Of a stretch of 64,000 nt of DNA, positions 43,946 to 55,884 are shown in pieces (the first letter of the stretch is position 1; each line of letters opens with the position of its first letter). The stretch spans positions 384,001 through 448,000 of the forward strand of contig CAVQNT010000002.1 in NCBI GenBank assembly GCA_963714275.1, given 5' to 3'. A program made the translations under genes and the position numbers. The notes beneath the pieces are model-generated. The model searched no databases, had not been told where the DNA came from, and saw only the letters and a program-made list of their open reading frames with translations. This stretch comes from Candidatus Bathyarchaeota archaeon. GTDB taxonomy: Archaea > Thermoproteota > Bathyarchaeia > Bathyarchaeales > DTEX01.

Positions 43946-44286
43946 GTAAAATAGAAGGCTCCTTTGATGTAATTCTTGCAAGACTTAGGGATTGGCTTCA
44001 AGGCGCCGAGGAGCTGAAGAACCTTCTTGACGAGTATCTTTCAGTAAAGGTTGAAACTGAAGAAAGGGCTAGAAAACACAACTGGGATCCTGAGAGGATT
44101 AGTTGGATTCAGAAAGAGGGACCTTCAGGAACCTATTTTCTAGCTGAGAAACAGGATTCACAGGATTTTAAGGCTGCGGTTCAAGACCTAGAGAATCATA
44201 AAGGAAAGATGAACCTGGGTGAGTATTTCTATTGGAAATTCGATTCAGGCGCTGTTGGAAGGAAACCAAGCAAAAAAGGAAAGTAA
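43942..44286 (+). CDS. Hypothetical element protein
   Basis: 114 aa, in operon with RHH and Rep. Confidence 0.7.
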   Translation: MSKIEGSFDVILARLRDWLQGAEELKNLLDEYLSVKVETEERARKHNWDPERISWIQKEGPSGTYFLAEKQDSQDFKAAVQDLENHKGKMNLGEYFYWKFDSGAVGRKPSKKGK

Positions 44287-44292
44287 ACTCTA

Positions 44293-46236
44293 ATGAGTTC
44301 TCAAGAACCACGAAGCGACATTAAATACAGCATTCTAGATTCAGGAACCAAAGGAATAGCAATAGGACTGGAAGAACGCTTCTTAATTGTTGAGAAACTT
44401 AAAGGTGCATGGAAGACTCAAACTAATCAATATTCAAACAGACGAAACGCTAACAGCATGGAACTATGTTAAAAACCTAGCAGACCTGAGAACAGCATCG
44501 AAATATAAGGAGCTAAGGGAAGCTATCGGATTTGAAAACCTAGAAAAAACATTGATAGCCATCGAAAACAATGCTGACGAGTTTGACGAAAACAGAGAAT
44601 CAGAGACACAAACAACAGAAGAAACACAGGCATCAGGAACATGTAACGAAGGATATTTTGAACTCATAATAAACGAAGAATTTAATCCTTGCTTTCTTGT
44701 CTGTAATAAAGGGCATTTTACAGTTATGGATTCTGTGGGCTTAAACAGTCACATTTTTGTTCCTAAAACCTTGAGACAGATTCCTTATTTACCTTATAGT
44801 TTTTACGAGGATTCCTTACCAAACATGGAAGATATTTTCAGCAAGGTTTTTGACGAATTTGACGCATATTGCGATGTTGAACCAATCTGGAAGCATGTTC
44901 TAACTGCAAGTGTTTTGCTTTCATACCAACAGGAAAAGATTCAGACAGTTCCTTACCTCTACCTGTATGGAGATAATGAGTCTGGGAAAACCACAGTTCT
45001 GAATGTTCTCAATGAATTGTGTTATCGTCCTATGTTCGGTGTAACTGTTCCTTCAGTGACATCTACGGGTACCTTGAGGATTCGGACTGTATCCCAACAA
45101 TTCTAGAAGACGAGATACAGGGTATTGAGAAAGACGAGAATAAAGTTAAAATCTATAAGTCAGGCTACAAAAAAGGTGCATGTGTCCCTAGAACCGTGTT
45201 GCTTGAACATGGGAGAGAAATCCAGTATTTTCGCACATTCAACTTTAAAGCTGTTGCTGCTGAAAGAATTTCAACAGTAAAAGGCTTCGTTGAACGGTTC
45301 ATTTTTCTTCCAATGGTTCAAGGCTTTCCAAAGAAGGAATGGGCTGACAACAGTGTCAGCGATTCTGCAAGGTTCCATGATCTTAGAAACATGTTGCTTA
45401 AGTGGAGACTGTTAACAAGAGATGAACCTTTACTTAACTTGGAATTACCGTTTAAAGGACGCATTAAGGAACTATGGAAGCCACTGTTACAGTCCGTTTA
45501 TGGACTTAAAGCGTTTCAGACTTTACTAGACTTCGTAGAATCCCAGATTAAGGAACGGTTAGAAACAAGACAGGGAACCCTAGAAGGAAAAATCGTTAAA
45601 GTTGTTGGAGAACTTTTCGACGATAAACCTATCCCATTCACTGATATTTGGGAACAGTTAAAGAATGACCTTGAGGGAACAATTGACAACAAAAAGAACT
45701 ATGTGATGCTGACCTCGGAATTTGACGAAGTTACTAAGTCGAAGGTAGGATATCGGTTAAGAGAAATTCTTAGCGGTGAACGGGAAACCGTTCGTATCGA
45801 AGGTACACCTACTAAGGCTTGGATGTTCGACCGTTTTAAACTTGTGCGGATATTGAAGAAATATGGCTATGATGAGCTTGTTACCAAGTTACCAAGTGTA
45901 CCGAGTTCCGAGGGTATAGAGGACATTATTCATAATAACGACTTATCCAAAATGGGCTTTAATTCCGAAAAAAACCACGATTTACAAGATGCGAATGTGG
46001 ATAAAAAGCCTTCTATACCTCAGGAAGTCGGTAACGTCGGTAACTCGGTAACAGAAGAAATCAAAGCTGTTTTTCGTTGGAAACATGTGAAACCTAGCGA
46101 AAAATGTCCATTATGCGGAACATTGGCAGTTGAATATGAAGTAACCCTTGACGATGAAACATTACTGAGACGATGTTCAAACTGCTTCGATGACTTAAGA
46201 AAAAAATTCATGAACGTTGAATGGAGCGAATATTAA
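44293..46236 (+). CDS. Putative replication protein: P-loop NTPase/helicase-like with C-terminal Zn ribbon (two frameshifts)
   Basis: YLYGDNESGKTT Walker A, ILEDE Walker B, SGYKKG, ER; C-terminal CPLCG...CSNC. Confidence 0.7.
45880..46052. repeat. Long imperfect inverted repeat with 8-9 bp iterated units inside the rep gene
   Basis: gttaccaa-gttaccaa-gtgtaccga-gttccgagggtatagagg (45880-45922) pairs with ccttctatacctcaggaa-gtcggtaac-gtcggtaac-tcggtaac (46009-46052). Confidence 0.75.
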
Positions 46237-46412
46237 AAATGCGTCCAAGAAGCCAATTTTTTAAGGGTAGAGAAATTAGGCTAAGAACTGTGACTAGTGT
46301 GGTGATGAATTTTAATTTGGAGACCCAGTTTTTGGTAGGTTAGCTAGGGCTATTGGGGGGATCGCAGGACAGTTGAACACCTATTTCCTAATAAACGACG
46401 TCCTCACAATGG

Positions 46413-47672
46413 TTGTTTTTTACTTTAACAGTCGTCAAACAGTGTGGTAAAATAGTGATTTGCCCTAATTGTAGTTCAATAGATTCCCAGCGGAATGGAC
46501 ATCGAGAAGGCAGGCAGAGGTGGCGATGTAAAAACTGCGGCAGAGAATACTTGGAACCTATAAATGATGATGATTTGAAGTATTCTGAACATGACCCAAT
46601 AGTTCAGACTAGGTCTTTAAGTGACACCATGCCTACTGGTCTCTTGAGCCAGAGCTGTACTCGCAGGAGTAGTCCGCAGTCAGCGGGTCTCCTCGGGCTG
46701 GATAGCCTGGCACAAGAGAAGGAAGAAGGAGAAGTGCAGATATGCGAACAACTACAGAACAGCGACCTGCTGAAAAACTTTCCTGACCAGATAAAACCCA
46801 AACTACTGCAATACGCAACAAAAGAATGGAGTAAGGGACGATCAGTTAAAAGCGTTGAAACATACATCCGCAACCTTAAGCAACTAGTGAAACATGGCGC
46901 TGACTTATTCGACCCAAACTCTGTTGCAGAAACCATCGCTCAAAATTCCGAATGGGCTAATGCGACCAAAGTCAACAAAACTGAAGCATACGACTCATTC
47001 CTAAAATTTCAGGGCGGCTTTTGGCAAAAACCAAAGTACAGGGCTGAACGGAAGTTGCCTTTCCTGCCACTTGAAACCGAGATTGATCAGCTAATCGCAG
47101 GGACAAGTAAGACCGTTGCAGCAGCACTTCAGGTTGCGAAGGAAACCGCGGCTAGACTAGGAGAAATAGGAAGGCTGAAATGGACAGACGTAGATTTCGA
47201 GCGAAGGCTCATTGCGGTAAATGAGCCTGAAAAAGGCAGCAACCCCAGAATAATACCGGTCACAGCAAAATGCGTTGAGATGCTCAATCACCTTCCAAGG
47301 AAGGGCGAACGAATCTTTAAAAACATCAAATGCGCAAGTGCGACGCTGATTCAACAACGAAATCACCTCGCGTATAAACTGGGCAACCCTCGCCTTAGGC
47401 AAATTCACTTCCACACACTGCGGCATTGGAAGGCTACCATGGAATACCACAAACGGCCAGACCCGTTTTACCTCAGAGATTTCTTGGGCCACAAGAACCT
47501 AAAGAACACCGAGATCTACGTGACTGTTGAGCGGACAATCTTTCAGACGCAATCAAGCGACTTCACCGTAAAAGTGGCTTCGACTCTTGACGAGTTCACA
47601 AAGCTGCTTGAGGTCGGCTTCGAGTACGTCTGCGACTACGGCGACAGGAAGGTCCTGCGGAAACGCAAGTGA
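46413..47672 (+). CDS. Tyrosine recombinase/integrase with N-terminal zinc ribbon
   Basis: R (TAARLGE), K (PEKG), HTLRH, LGHK, TEIY; N-terminal CPNC...QRWRCKNC. Confidence 0.93.
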   Translation: MFFTLTVVKQCGKIVICPNCSSIDSQRNGHREGRQRWRCKNCGREYLEPINDDDLKYSEHDPIVQTRSLSDTMPTGLLSQSCTRRSSPQSAGLLGLDSLAQEKEEGEVQICEQLQNSDLLKNFPDQIKPKLLQYATKEWSKGRSVKSVETYIRNLKQLVKHGADLFDPNSVAETIAQNSEWANATKVNKTEAYDSFLKFQGGFWQKPKYRAERKLPFLPLETEIDQLIAGTSKTVAAALQVAKETAARLGEIGRLKWTDVDFERRLIAVNEPEKGSNPRIIPVTAKCVEMLNHLPRKGERIFKNIKCASATLIQQRNHLAYKLGNPRLRQIHFHTLRHWKATMEYHKRPDPFYLRDFLGHKNLKNTEIYVTVERTIFQTQSSDFTVKVASTLDEFTKLLEVGFEYVCDYGDRKVLRKRK

Positions 47673-47781
47673 AACCGAAAAAATATAACTAAAAACCCAA
47701 AAACTAAACAAAAAGGTTTTTTAGTGTCGTTTATATCCTTTTGTGAGAAGATGATTGAAAACTTGGATTAAAGAAAGGTGA

Positions 47782-48522
47782 ATGTGCTTGTCAGTGTTTG
47801 CTGTTCCGGGAGCCTATGACCGCGCAATCACGGTGTTCTCCCCAGATGGGCGGCTGTTTCAGGTTGAATATGCGCTTGCAGCCGTAGACAGAGGTCCAAC
47901 GATTATGGGTGTTTCATGCCCAGAAGGGGTCGTAATTGGGGCAGAAGAAAAGGTCGAATCGAAGCTTCAGGACCCAAACTTCAGCCAAAAAATCTATGCG
48001 GTTGATGAACACCTCGGTGCAGCGGTTGTGGGTATAAGTTCGGACGCGCGGATATTGATTGACGAGTCGCGGGTTTACTCCCAAAGCAACAGGCTAATGT
48101 ATGACGAGCCAATTGACGTTGAGATAGTTACCAAAAGAATTGGGGACTTAATGCAGATCTATACGCAGCACGCAGGGGTCAGACCGTTCGGCGTCTCACT
48201 AATTTTCGGAGGCGTCGACAAGGCTGGAGCAAAACTGTACGCAACGGACCCGATCGGCTCTTACAAGTCATACAAAGCCTTAGCCATCGGCATAGGAAGG
48301 GAGACCGTAGAAAACATCCTACGAGAAGAATACCGAGACGATTTGAAGCTAGAACAAGCAATAAGCTTGGCAGTAAAGTGTCTCGTAAAGTCGTTACAGG
48401 CAAGAGACGAACAATCACGAATCAGAATGGCGGTTGTCCCGACATCCACGAAAACGTTCACGGTTTTGCCCAACGACGAGGTTGAAAAACTCCAAGCCGG
48501 TGTGCTGGGCAGTGGAAAGTGA
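47782..48522 (+). CDS. psmA: Proteasome alpha subunit
   Basis: YDRAITVFSPDGRLFQVEYA, RPFGVSL. Confidence 0.97.
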   Translation: MCLSVFAVPGAYDRAITVFSPDGRLFQVEYALAAVDRGPTIMGVSCPEGVVIGAEEKVESKLQDPNFSQKIYAVDEHLGAAVVGISSDARILIDESRVYSQSNRLMYDEPIDVEIVTKRIGDLMQIYTQHAGVRPFGVSLIFGGVDKAGAKLYATDPIGSYKSYKALAIGIGRETVENILREEYRDDLKLEQAISLAVKCLVKSLQARDEQSRIRMAVVPTSTKTFTVLPNDEVEKLQAGVLGSGK

Positions 48523-49212
48523 TGAGCAAGCCTTACACGATTGCACGAATCAGCATTGAAGGAAAAGACTACGAGCTCCTCGTGAAACCCGAACCTGCCT
48601 TGGAATACCGGGAAGGAAAACCCGTAGGCTTGTCGAACATTCTGGTCACGGAAACAGTCTTCAGCGACGCAAACAAGGGCTTAAAAGTCTCCGAAAAAGA
48701 CCTTCAGGCAGCCTTCGCGACGATGGATATACTGAAAATCGCGGACACAATCTTGAAAAAGGGGTTCTTGCAGCTGACCGCTGAGCAGAGAAAACGGATG
48801 GTCGAGGAGAAGAGGAGACAAATCATCACCTTCATTTCTAGGCAGGCTGTCGACCCGAGAACTGAGCTCCCGCATCCTCCGACACGGGTAGAGCAAGCCT
48901 TGGAGCAGGCACGCTTCTCTGTTGACCCGTTCGATAGCGTTGAGGAACAGGCAAACGCCGCCATCAAAGCCATACGCATAATTCTGCCCATAAGCATCGA
49001 AAAGGTTTCGGTGAAAGTCCGAATCCCAGCTCAACACATTGGCAGGGCATACGGGTCCGTGAAATCTTTCGGAATCATAAAAAACGAGTCTTGGCAACCT
49101 GACGGTTCATGGTCAGACTATCGTGGAGATGCCGGCAGGAATGTATGGTCCTCTACTCGAGAAACTTGGAGACTTGACGAAAGGAAACGCAGAGGCTGAA
49201 ATTGTAAAATAG
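48519..49212 (+). CDS. sbdS: Ribosome maturation factor SBDS/Sdo1 (frameshift near 3' end)
   Basis: LQLTAEQR, DPRTELPHPPTR. Confidence 0.95.
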
Positions 49213-49238
49213 GATATAAAAATGGAGGTTGTTGAATT

Positions 49239-49937
49239 TTGCCGTTTTTGTACGAAAACAGACAGATTGTGACACCGGGCGATTTACTCGCCGAAGGAGA
49301 TTTCCTAGCTGGATTCAACACGTATAGGCATGACGAAAAAATCTTCGCAAGCAGGCTTGGGCTAGTCGAGTTCAGAGGAAAAAAAATCGACGTAGTCGCT
49401 CTTAACACATTTTATATTCCCTCAGTCGGGGATTTGGTCATCGGAAAAATCGTCGAAGTGAACCTGCACGGGTGGACAGTTGACATAAATTCGCCTTATC
49501 CTGCAATTTTAAGGACACCGGAAGCCTTGAACAGGCCATTCAGGCCACAACAGGATGAGCTTACGGAGTTCCTCAGCGTGGGCGACATGATTCTAGCGAA
49601 GGTCATATCTTTCGACCGAACCCGCGACCCGAACCTCACAATTCATGAACAGGACCTAGGCAAGATTAGATTCGGCCAGATTGTAAGAGTTTCACCAGCA
49701 AAAATTCCTCGAATTATAGGAAGAAAGGGCTCTATGATAAGCATGTTAAAAAAAGAAACGAGAAGTAACATTATAGTCGGTCAGAATGGTCTTGTCTACA
49801 TTTCCAGCAGAAACCGCGAAGACGAAAAAATAGCCATAATGGCAATCAAAAAAATTGAAGAGGAAGCCCACACTTCAGGGCTCACCGACAGAGTAACTGA
49901 CATGATAAGAAAAGAAAGAGGCAAAGTTACACAATGA
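49239..49937 (+). CDS. rrp4: Exosome RNA-binding subunit Rrp4
   Basis: [26 protein letters not shown]. Confidence 0.95.
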   Translation: MPFLYENRQIVTPGDLLAEGDFLAGFNTYRHDEKIFASRLGLVEFRGKKIDVVALNTFYIPSVGDLVIGKIVEVNLHGWTVDINSPYPAILRTPEALNRPFRPQQDELTEFLSVGDMILAKVISFDRTRDPNLTIHEQDLGKIRFGQIVRVSPAKIPRIIGRKGSMISMLKKETRSNIIVGQNGLVYISSRNREDEKIAIMAIKKIEEEAHTSGLTDRVTDMIRKERGKVTQ

Positions 49938-50680
49938 CAAACAAAATAGTTTTAGTGAATGAAGAAGGGATCAGAACCGATGGAAGAAAAATTACTGATC
50001 TCAGACCCATAAAGTTGGAAGTCGGCATATTAGGTAACGCCGATGGGTCAGCGTACATTGAACAGGGCAAAAACAAGATACTTGCAGCTGTCTATGGACC
50101 GAGGGAGGCGCATCCAAGACACTTGGCGCTTCCAGACAAAGCCCTACTCCGTTGCAGGTACCACATGGCTCCGTTTTCAGTGGAAGAACGAAAATCGCCA
50201 GCACCATCCAGACGTGAAATTGAACTGTCCAAAGTCATACGTGAATCACTTGAACCTGCGATTTTCTTGGAAAAGTTTCCGAGAACCTCGATTGACATTT
50301 TCATTGAGGTGTTGCAGGCTGATGGTGGAACGAGATGCGCAGGGGTAACCGTGGCTTCTCTGGCTTTAGCTGACGCAGGCATACCGATGAGGGATTTGAT
50401 TGTGGCTTGCGCTGCGGGCAAAGTAGGAGACCAAATTGTTGTCGATTTGAACGATGTAGAAGACAAGGAAGGAGAAGCGGACGTGCCAGTCGCTTACATG
50501 CCAAGTTTCGACGCCATCTCGTTGCTTCAGATGGACGGACAGTTAACCACCGAAGAGTTCCAGCAAGCAGTAACCCTCGCATTGGATGGATGCAAACAAA
50601 TATATGCACTTCAAAAGGAAGCCTTAAAGGCAAAATACCAATCAATCAAAGAAGCAGCGGAGGTGTCTGAAGAAGAATGA
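49934..50680 (+). CDS. rrp41: Exosome exonuclease Rrp41
   Basis: RTDGR, YGPRE, QADGGTR, DKEGEAD. Confidence 0.96.
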   Translation: MTNKIVLVNEEGIRTDGRKITDLRPIKLEVGILGNADGSAYIEQGKNKILAAVYGPREAHPRHLALPDKALLRCRYHMAPFSVEERKSPAPSRREIELSKVIRESLEPAIFLEKFPRTSIDIFIEVLQADGGTRCAGVTVASLALADAGIPMRDLIVACAAGKVGDQIVVDLNDVEDKEGEADVPVAYMPSFDAISLLQMDGQLTTEEFQQAVTLALDGCKQIYALQKEALKAKYQSIKEAAEVSEEE

Positions 50681-51479
50681 CATCAATAATGGTTTCACGC
50701 ATAAGACAACAACAAATCGCACCAGCTGAGTTGCTGACGGAACAAGGCTCGACGGAAGAGGCCTAAAAGACTACAGACCTATACAGATAGAGCCCGGAAT
50801 CATCGAAAAAGCAGAAGGCTCAGCTCGAGTTCGACTAGGCAAGACCGAAGTGATGGTCGGAATCAAAATAGGCTTGGGCGAACCTTTTTCAGACAGACCC
50901 AACGACGGCGTATTAGCGACCAACGCGGAGTTCGTGCCATTAGCCTCTCCAGAATTCGAGGCTGGTCCCCCAGGCGAGGAGGCTATAGAGCTCGCAAGGG
51001 TCGTGGACAGAGGCATCCGCGAATCTAAAGCTATTAACCTTGAAAAGTTATGCATCATTCCAGGAAAGAAGGTGCTAGTGGTTTTCGTGGATGTCTACGT
51101 TCTCAACCACGACGGAAACCTCGTAGACGCCTCAACCTTAGCCGCAATCGCAGCGCTGATGAACACTAAAATCTTCAAATACGACGTCAAGAACGAAGAA
51201 GTTGTGAAGAAACCTGGCTTCACACCGCTACCGTTGAAGAACATTCCGGTGTCCGTAACATTTGCATCAATAAGCGGGAAGCTCGTTGTTGACCCTTGGC
51301 TGGACGAGGAAGAAGTCATGGACGCTCGGTTGACAATGACCTACATTAAGGAAGGAAGAATCTGCGCAATACAGAAGGGCGGAGCTGGAACACTTTCGCC
51401 GCAACAAATCACTGAAGCTGCGGTCATAGCTAAAGAAAAAACTGAGGAAATCAGGAAAATTCTGGGGAAGAGCCGATGA
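50677..51479 (+). CDS. rrp42: Exosome subunit Rrp42 (frameshift near 5' end)
   Basis: [27 protein letters not shown]. Confidence 0.95.
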
Positions 51480-51741
51480 GCCGCCAAAAAAGGGCAAAAA
51501 AGATGGGGCCAGCTGGAGGGCTTGGCGTAAGATATGGAGTCAAACCACGAAGAAGATTCAGCGTAATTCTAACTGAAATGAAAAGAAAACACGTTTGCCC
51601 CCAGTGCACTCCAATTCCGTTAAACGGGAAAGCGTCGGAATATGGGTCTGCAGTAAATGCGGGGTAAAGTTTACTGGGGGAGCCTACACTCCAACGACGA
51701 AGATAGGAGAAACAGCTGAACGTTCAGCTCGAATCAGTTAG
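51476..51741 (+). CDS. rpl37ae: 50S ribosomal protein L37Ae (frameshifted)
   Basis: GVRYG, CPQC, then GIWVCSKCGVKFTGGAY in a shifted frame. Confidence 0.93.
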
Positions 51742-51892
51742 AATGCTGGATACATCCTTAATAATAGCATAAGCTACGGTCAGCATTAATGATTGTGAAT
51801 TATTTTACGCGACCTAGGCTCACGAAACATTAAGGTTAACAAGAGTAAACAGAGGACAGATAAGTCTATATTTCGTTGAAAAGCATTTCTGT

Positions 51893-52213
51893 GTGTTGCA
51901 TGTAAAGATTGATTTAGGTTTTCATGCTTCAATTTCATGTGTTGTGTGTGGAAACTTGACCAAAAGAACTTCTGCCGCGGTGCGAGTGAACCTGTCTTCG
52001 AAGAAAATGTCCCGAACCATTCATGAGGCTTTGGAACCTGAAACGAAGACTACGACCACGTACCGTTCGAGGGTGAAGCTTGGTCGTGAAGGAAACATCG
52101 TGACTTTGTTTTTCGAGGCGGATGACACAACGGCTCTTAGAGCTTCAATGAACTCGTACCTCAGCTGGTTAAAGCTCCTGAAGGACCTTTGTGGTTCATT
52201 CGAAAGTCAGTAG
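51893..52213 (+). CDS. pcc1: KEOPS subunit Pcc1
   Basis: ALEPE...RSRV...ADDTTALRASMNSYLSW; likely start near 51957. Confidence 0.88.
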   Translation: MLHVKIDLGFHASISCVVCGNLTKRTSAAVRVNLSSKKMSRTIHEALEPETKTTTTYRSRVKLGREGNIVTLFFEADDTTALRASMNSYLSWLKLLKDLCGSFESQ

Positions 52214-52216
52214 TTC

Positions 52217-54082
52217 CTACGGGAACCCTCCGAAGGACATTCTTGGAATTGCACGTGTAGTTTCTGCCTTCTCTACCTCTGGTTCCTTAAACTGCATTTC
52301 GTACAGGTGACGATATATGCCCTTTTTCTTCATGAGCTGCTTGTGGTTTCCTTCCTCGACGATTCTTCCGTTGTCGATGACAAAGATTCGGTCAGCGTTC
52401 CTCACGGTTGAAAGCCTGTGCGCAATAATTATGGACGTTCGATCCTTCAGTAATACCTTCATCGCCTTCCGAATCAAAAGGTCCGTGTAAGGGTCGATGC
52501 TTGAGGTTGCTTCGTCCAAAATCATAATTGCTGGATTCCTCAGCAAAGCACGAGCAAACGAAATAAGCTGTTTTTGTCCAACCGAAAGTCCTGCTCCCCT
52601 TTCACCTATTTCCGTGTTGTAGCCGTTAGTCGTCTTGGAGACGAATTCGTGAGCCCCCACAGTTTTCGCAGCGTTCATAACCTCTTCGTCTGAGGCTTCT
52701 AGGTGGCCGTATCTTATGTTCTCCATTATTGTGCCTGTGAAAAGAAACGATTCCTGAAGAACGATGCCCATCTGTTTTCGCAGTGATTCCTGAGTAATCT
52801 GTTTGACATCTTGCCCGTCAATCGTCACCGACCCGGACCGTGTCTCGTAAAACCTGCTGATAAGTTTGATGATGGTGCTTTTTCCGGCGCCAGTCGACCC
52901 AACGAGCGCAACTGTTTCTTTGGGTCTAATGCGGAAACTGACGTTGTGCAGGACTGGGTGATCCTGAACGTAAGCGAAGGTCACATCCTTAAACTCGATC
53001 TCGCCTTTTATCGCTGGTATCTGAGTTGCGTTTTCGGTGTCCTTTATTTCAGGCTGTCTGTCAATGAGGTTGAAAATTCTTTCTGCAGCTGCCAGTGCAG
53101 ATTGGATAGCGTTATAAAAGTTAGTCAGGTCAAATATTGGACCGAAGAACCTGCCAACATACAGTGTGAACGTTATTAAGGTTCCAATAGCGGTTGCAGA
53201 GGTTCCCAGAGAACCACTGAAAGCCAATATCCCTCCGTAAAGGATGACTATGCTGGTGCCTATCGCTTGGATGAGTTGCACAGTCGGGAAGAAGGCTCCC
53301 CAAACTATGTTTGCCTGAAGGTTAGCTTGAAATTCCTGCTGGTTTACTTTCGTGAAATCTTTTATTGTTTCAGCCTCTCTCGTGAAGGACTTAATCTCTC
53401 TTATGCCTGAAATTCCCTCTTGGAGCTTGGATGTTACTCCCGATATTGTCTGTCTTGTCACTCGGTAGGTGCTTCTGAATCTAGAGCTAAAAGCAAGCGC
53501 CGCCCCAATCAAAAGCGGGACAACAAGCATCGAAACAAGGGTCAGTTGAATGTTTATTGTAAACATGACAACTATCGTCAACGCCAAGCTCAGAACATCG
53601 CTCAACACCATAACGACGCCTGAGGTGAAGGCTTGTCCAATGCTGTCGGTGTCGTTCGTCACTATGGATATGGTGTCTCCGCTGTCTGCTCTATCAAAGA
53701 AACTGAATGACAATTCTTGAAGATGAGCGAACAAGTCTGAACGTAATTTGAAAAGCATGCTTTCGCCAATCTTGCCAATCGAAAAAGTTCGGACGGAATC
53801 TGAAGCCCAACTAACCAGCAAGACCAAGATGTAAGCCAAAACCATCAGCTGTAACCCAGAATAATCAGACGTCAGAATAAAGCGTCCAATGATTTCAAGA
53901 CCAAGCAAGTATGGACCGATGACGCCAGCAACAGCAGAGACAACTGTCGTCAAAATGACGATCAATAAAAGTTTCCTGTAAGGCAAGAGGTATTTAATTA
54001 ATCTTGAAAGCAAAACTTTCGTTGAAGTTTTCCTTTCCGTCGGTCCGTCTTCAAACCCGTGCCAATGAGGATGGAAACCCAT
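52217..54082 (-). CDS. ABC exporter, permease plus ATPase
   Basis: TM domain, GSTGAGKS, LSVGQKQ, DEATS. Confidence 0.93.
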   Translation of the reverse strand: MGFHPHWHGFEDGPTERKTSTKVLLSRLIKYLLPYRKLLLIVILTTVVSAVAGVIGPYLLGLEIIGRFILTSDYSGLQLMVLAYILVLLVSWASDSVRTFSIGKIGESMLFKLRSDLFAHLQELSFSFFDRADSGDTISIVTNDTDSIGQAFTSGVVMVLSDVLSLALTIVVMFTINIQLTLVSMLVVPLLIGAALAFSSRFRSTYRVTRQTISGVTSKLQEGISGIREIKSFTREAETIKDFTKVNQQEFQANLQANIVWGAFFPTVQLIQAIGTSIVILYGGILAFSGSLGTSATAIGTLITFTLYVGRFFGPIFDLTNFYNAIQSALAAAERIFNLIDRQPEIKDTENATQIPAIKGEIEFKDVTFAYVQDHPVLHNVSFRIRPKETVALVGSTGAGKSTIIKLISRFYETRSGSVTIDGQDVKQITQESLRKQMGIVLQESFLFTGTIMENIRYGHLEASDEEVMNAAKTVGAHEFVSKTTNGYNTEIGERGAGLSVGQKQLISFARALLRNPAIMILDEATSSIDPYTDLLIRKAMKVLLKDRTSIIIAHRLSTVRNADRIFVIDNGRIVEEGNHKQLMKKKGIYRHLYEMQFKEPEVEKAETTRAIPRMSFGGFP

Positions 54083-55870
54083 CTAAGATGCCTCCTTTTT
54101 TTCGTTTCGGGAGTTTGACCGCGTTGTTTTTGGTTCAAGCGCTTCTTTCTGTGCCTCATACAATGTTTCGTAAATTCTGTAATAGGCTCCCTTCTTAGCT
54201 ATGAGCGACGTGTGGTCTCCTTCTTCAACGATTTTCCCATCATCCAACACAACGATTTTGTCCGCGTTTCTGATCGTGGACAACCGCTGCGTGACAACGA
54301 AGGTCGTTCGGTTCTTTAACAAAGCGCTTAACGCCTGCTGAATCTCGAACTCAGTGTCCACATCAACGCTCGAGGTTGAATCGTCCAAAATCAGTATCCG
54401 CGGATTCATAAGCAACGCCCGAGCTATGGCGACCCTTTGTTGTTGCCCGCCTGACAAGGTTACACCTCTTTCTCCGATTATTGTGTCGTATCCGTTTGGA
54501 AGCTGAGTTATGAATTCGTGGGCTTTACTATCTTGGCGACCACTTCGATGTCTTCCATCGTGGCATTCGGCATACCATAAGCAATGTTTTGCTTAACAGT
54601 CATGTTGAACAGGAAAGTTTCCTGAGATACTATGCCCATTTGTTTTCTAAGGCTTTCAGCTTTAACGTCTCTAACATCGAATCCGTCGACAAGTATCCTG
54701 CCTGAAGTCACGTCGTAAAATCTTGGAAGCAATCTGATGATGGTGCTCTTGCCTGACCCAGTGGGTCCTAAGAGCGCTATTGTTTCTCCGGGTTTTGCCT
54801 CGATGACTATGTTTTTCAGAATAGGTTTGTCTTTGTCATAACCAAACGAAACGTCCTCAAAAACTACTTGACCTTTGATTGCAGGTAAAGTTATTGCGTC
54901 AGGTTTATCACGGACTTCGGGAACGGCGTCAATTATTTCGAACACTCTCTCAGCTGCTGCTGCCATGGTTTGGTAGCTAGAAATTATCATCCCCAACATC
55001 CCGATTGGCCTAATCAACATTGAAATGTAAATACTGAAAACGAACAATTGGTCAATCGTAAAGCGATTTCCAATTATCTGAATCCCACCTAACCAGAAAA
55101 TCACGACTGTAACTAACCCAAAAAATAGTCCCTGTAGAGGTTGAAAAATCGCTTGGAGTTTTACAGACTGCAGCATCATGCTGAAGTAGTCGGTGTTCGG
55201 CTTTCGGAACTTCTGTTTTTCATAATCCTCTCTCGCGAAAGAACGCACCACCCTGATTCCCGTCATGTTTTCCCAAAGAACAGAAGTCAACACGCCAAAA
55301 TGTTCTCTCGCAGTGTGCATAACTGGTCTAATCTTTTTCCCAAACCAAATGTTGACGAAAAAAAGAACGGGAACAGTGGAGAATGCTAATAATGAAAGAT
55401 CCATATTTATGATAACCATTGACGTTATGACGGCTCCGAGCAGAAAAAGGGAGTCGATAAGCATTCGAAGTCTGAAATCCCACAAAACCCCTTATCCTCT
55501 CAACGTCTGTTGTTGCTCTGGACATGAGCTGACCAGTCTTCATCTTGTCGAAGAAGCCGAACGACTGTCTCTGAATTGACCTAAAAACGTCATTACGAAC
55601 GTCAAAAACAACTTTTTGAGTAAAATAGCCATAAGCACTGGAGCGGATAAGCGAAAATAGGCATAAACCACCTGTTAGGACCAGTATCTGAATCACAAGT
55701 CCCTTGAGCATCTCAAAATCGCCAATACTCAGAATGTCTTTAACAGCTTGCCCAGACAATGTCGGGATGTAAATGTTGATGAACGTTGTCACAATCGTTA
55801 TGGCTGTGCTCAACGCAAACCAGTGAATGTTTCTAAGGATGTATTTTGACATTTCCTTTAGCAAAGACAC
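54083..55870 (-). CDS. ABC exporter, permease plus ATPase (frameshifted), heterodimer partner
   Basis: [29 protein letters not shown]. Confidence 0.92.
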
Positions 55871-55884
55871 CCTAAATGTCCTCC

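Larger units (their letters stand above)
43038..47672. mobile_element. Integrated plasmid/virus-like element (regulator, replication protein, integrase); left boundary uncertain
   Basis: Co-oriented RHH, small ORFs, P-loop Rep and tyrosine recombinase next to core genes. Confidence 0.75.

Noticed and set aside
46237-47781. tRNA or tRNA-derived att site near the integrase
   Set aside because: No cloverleaf or T-loop (GTTCRA) pattern was found by eye on either side.
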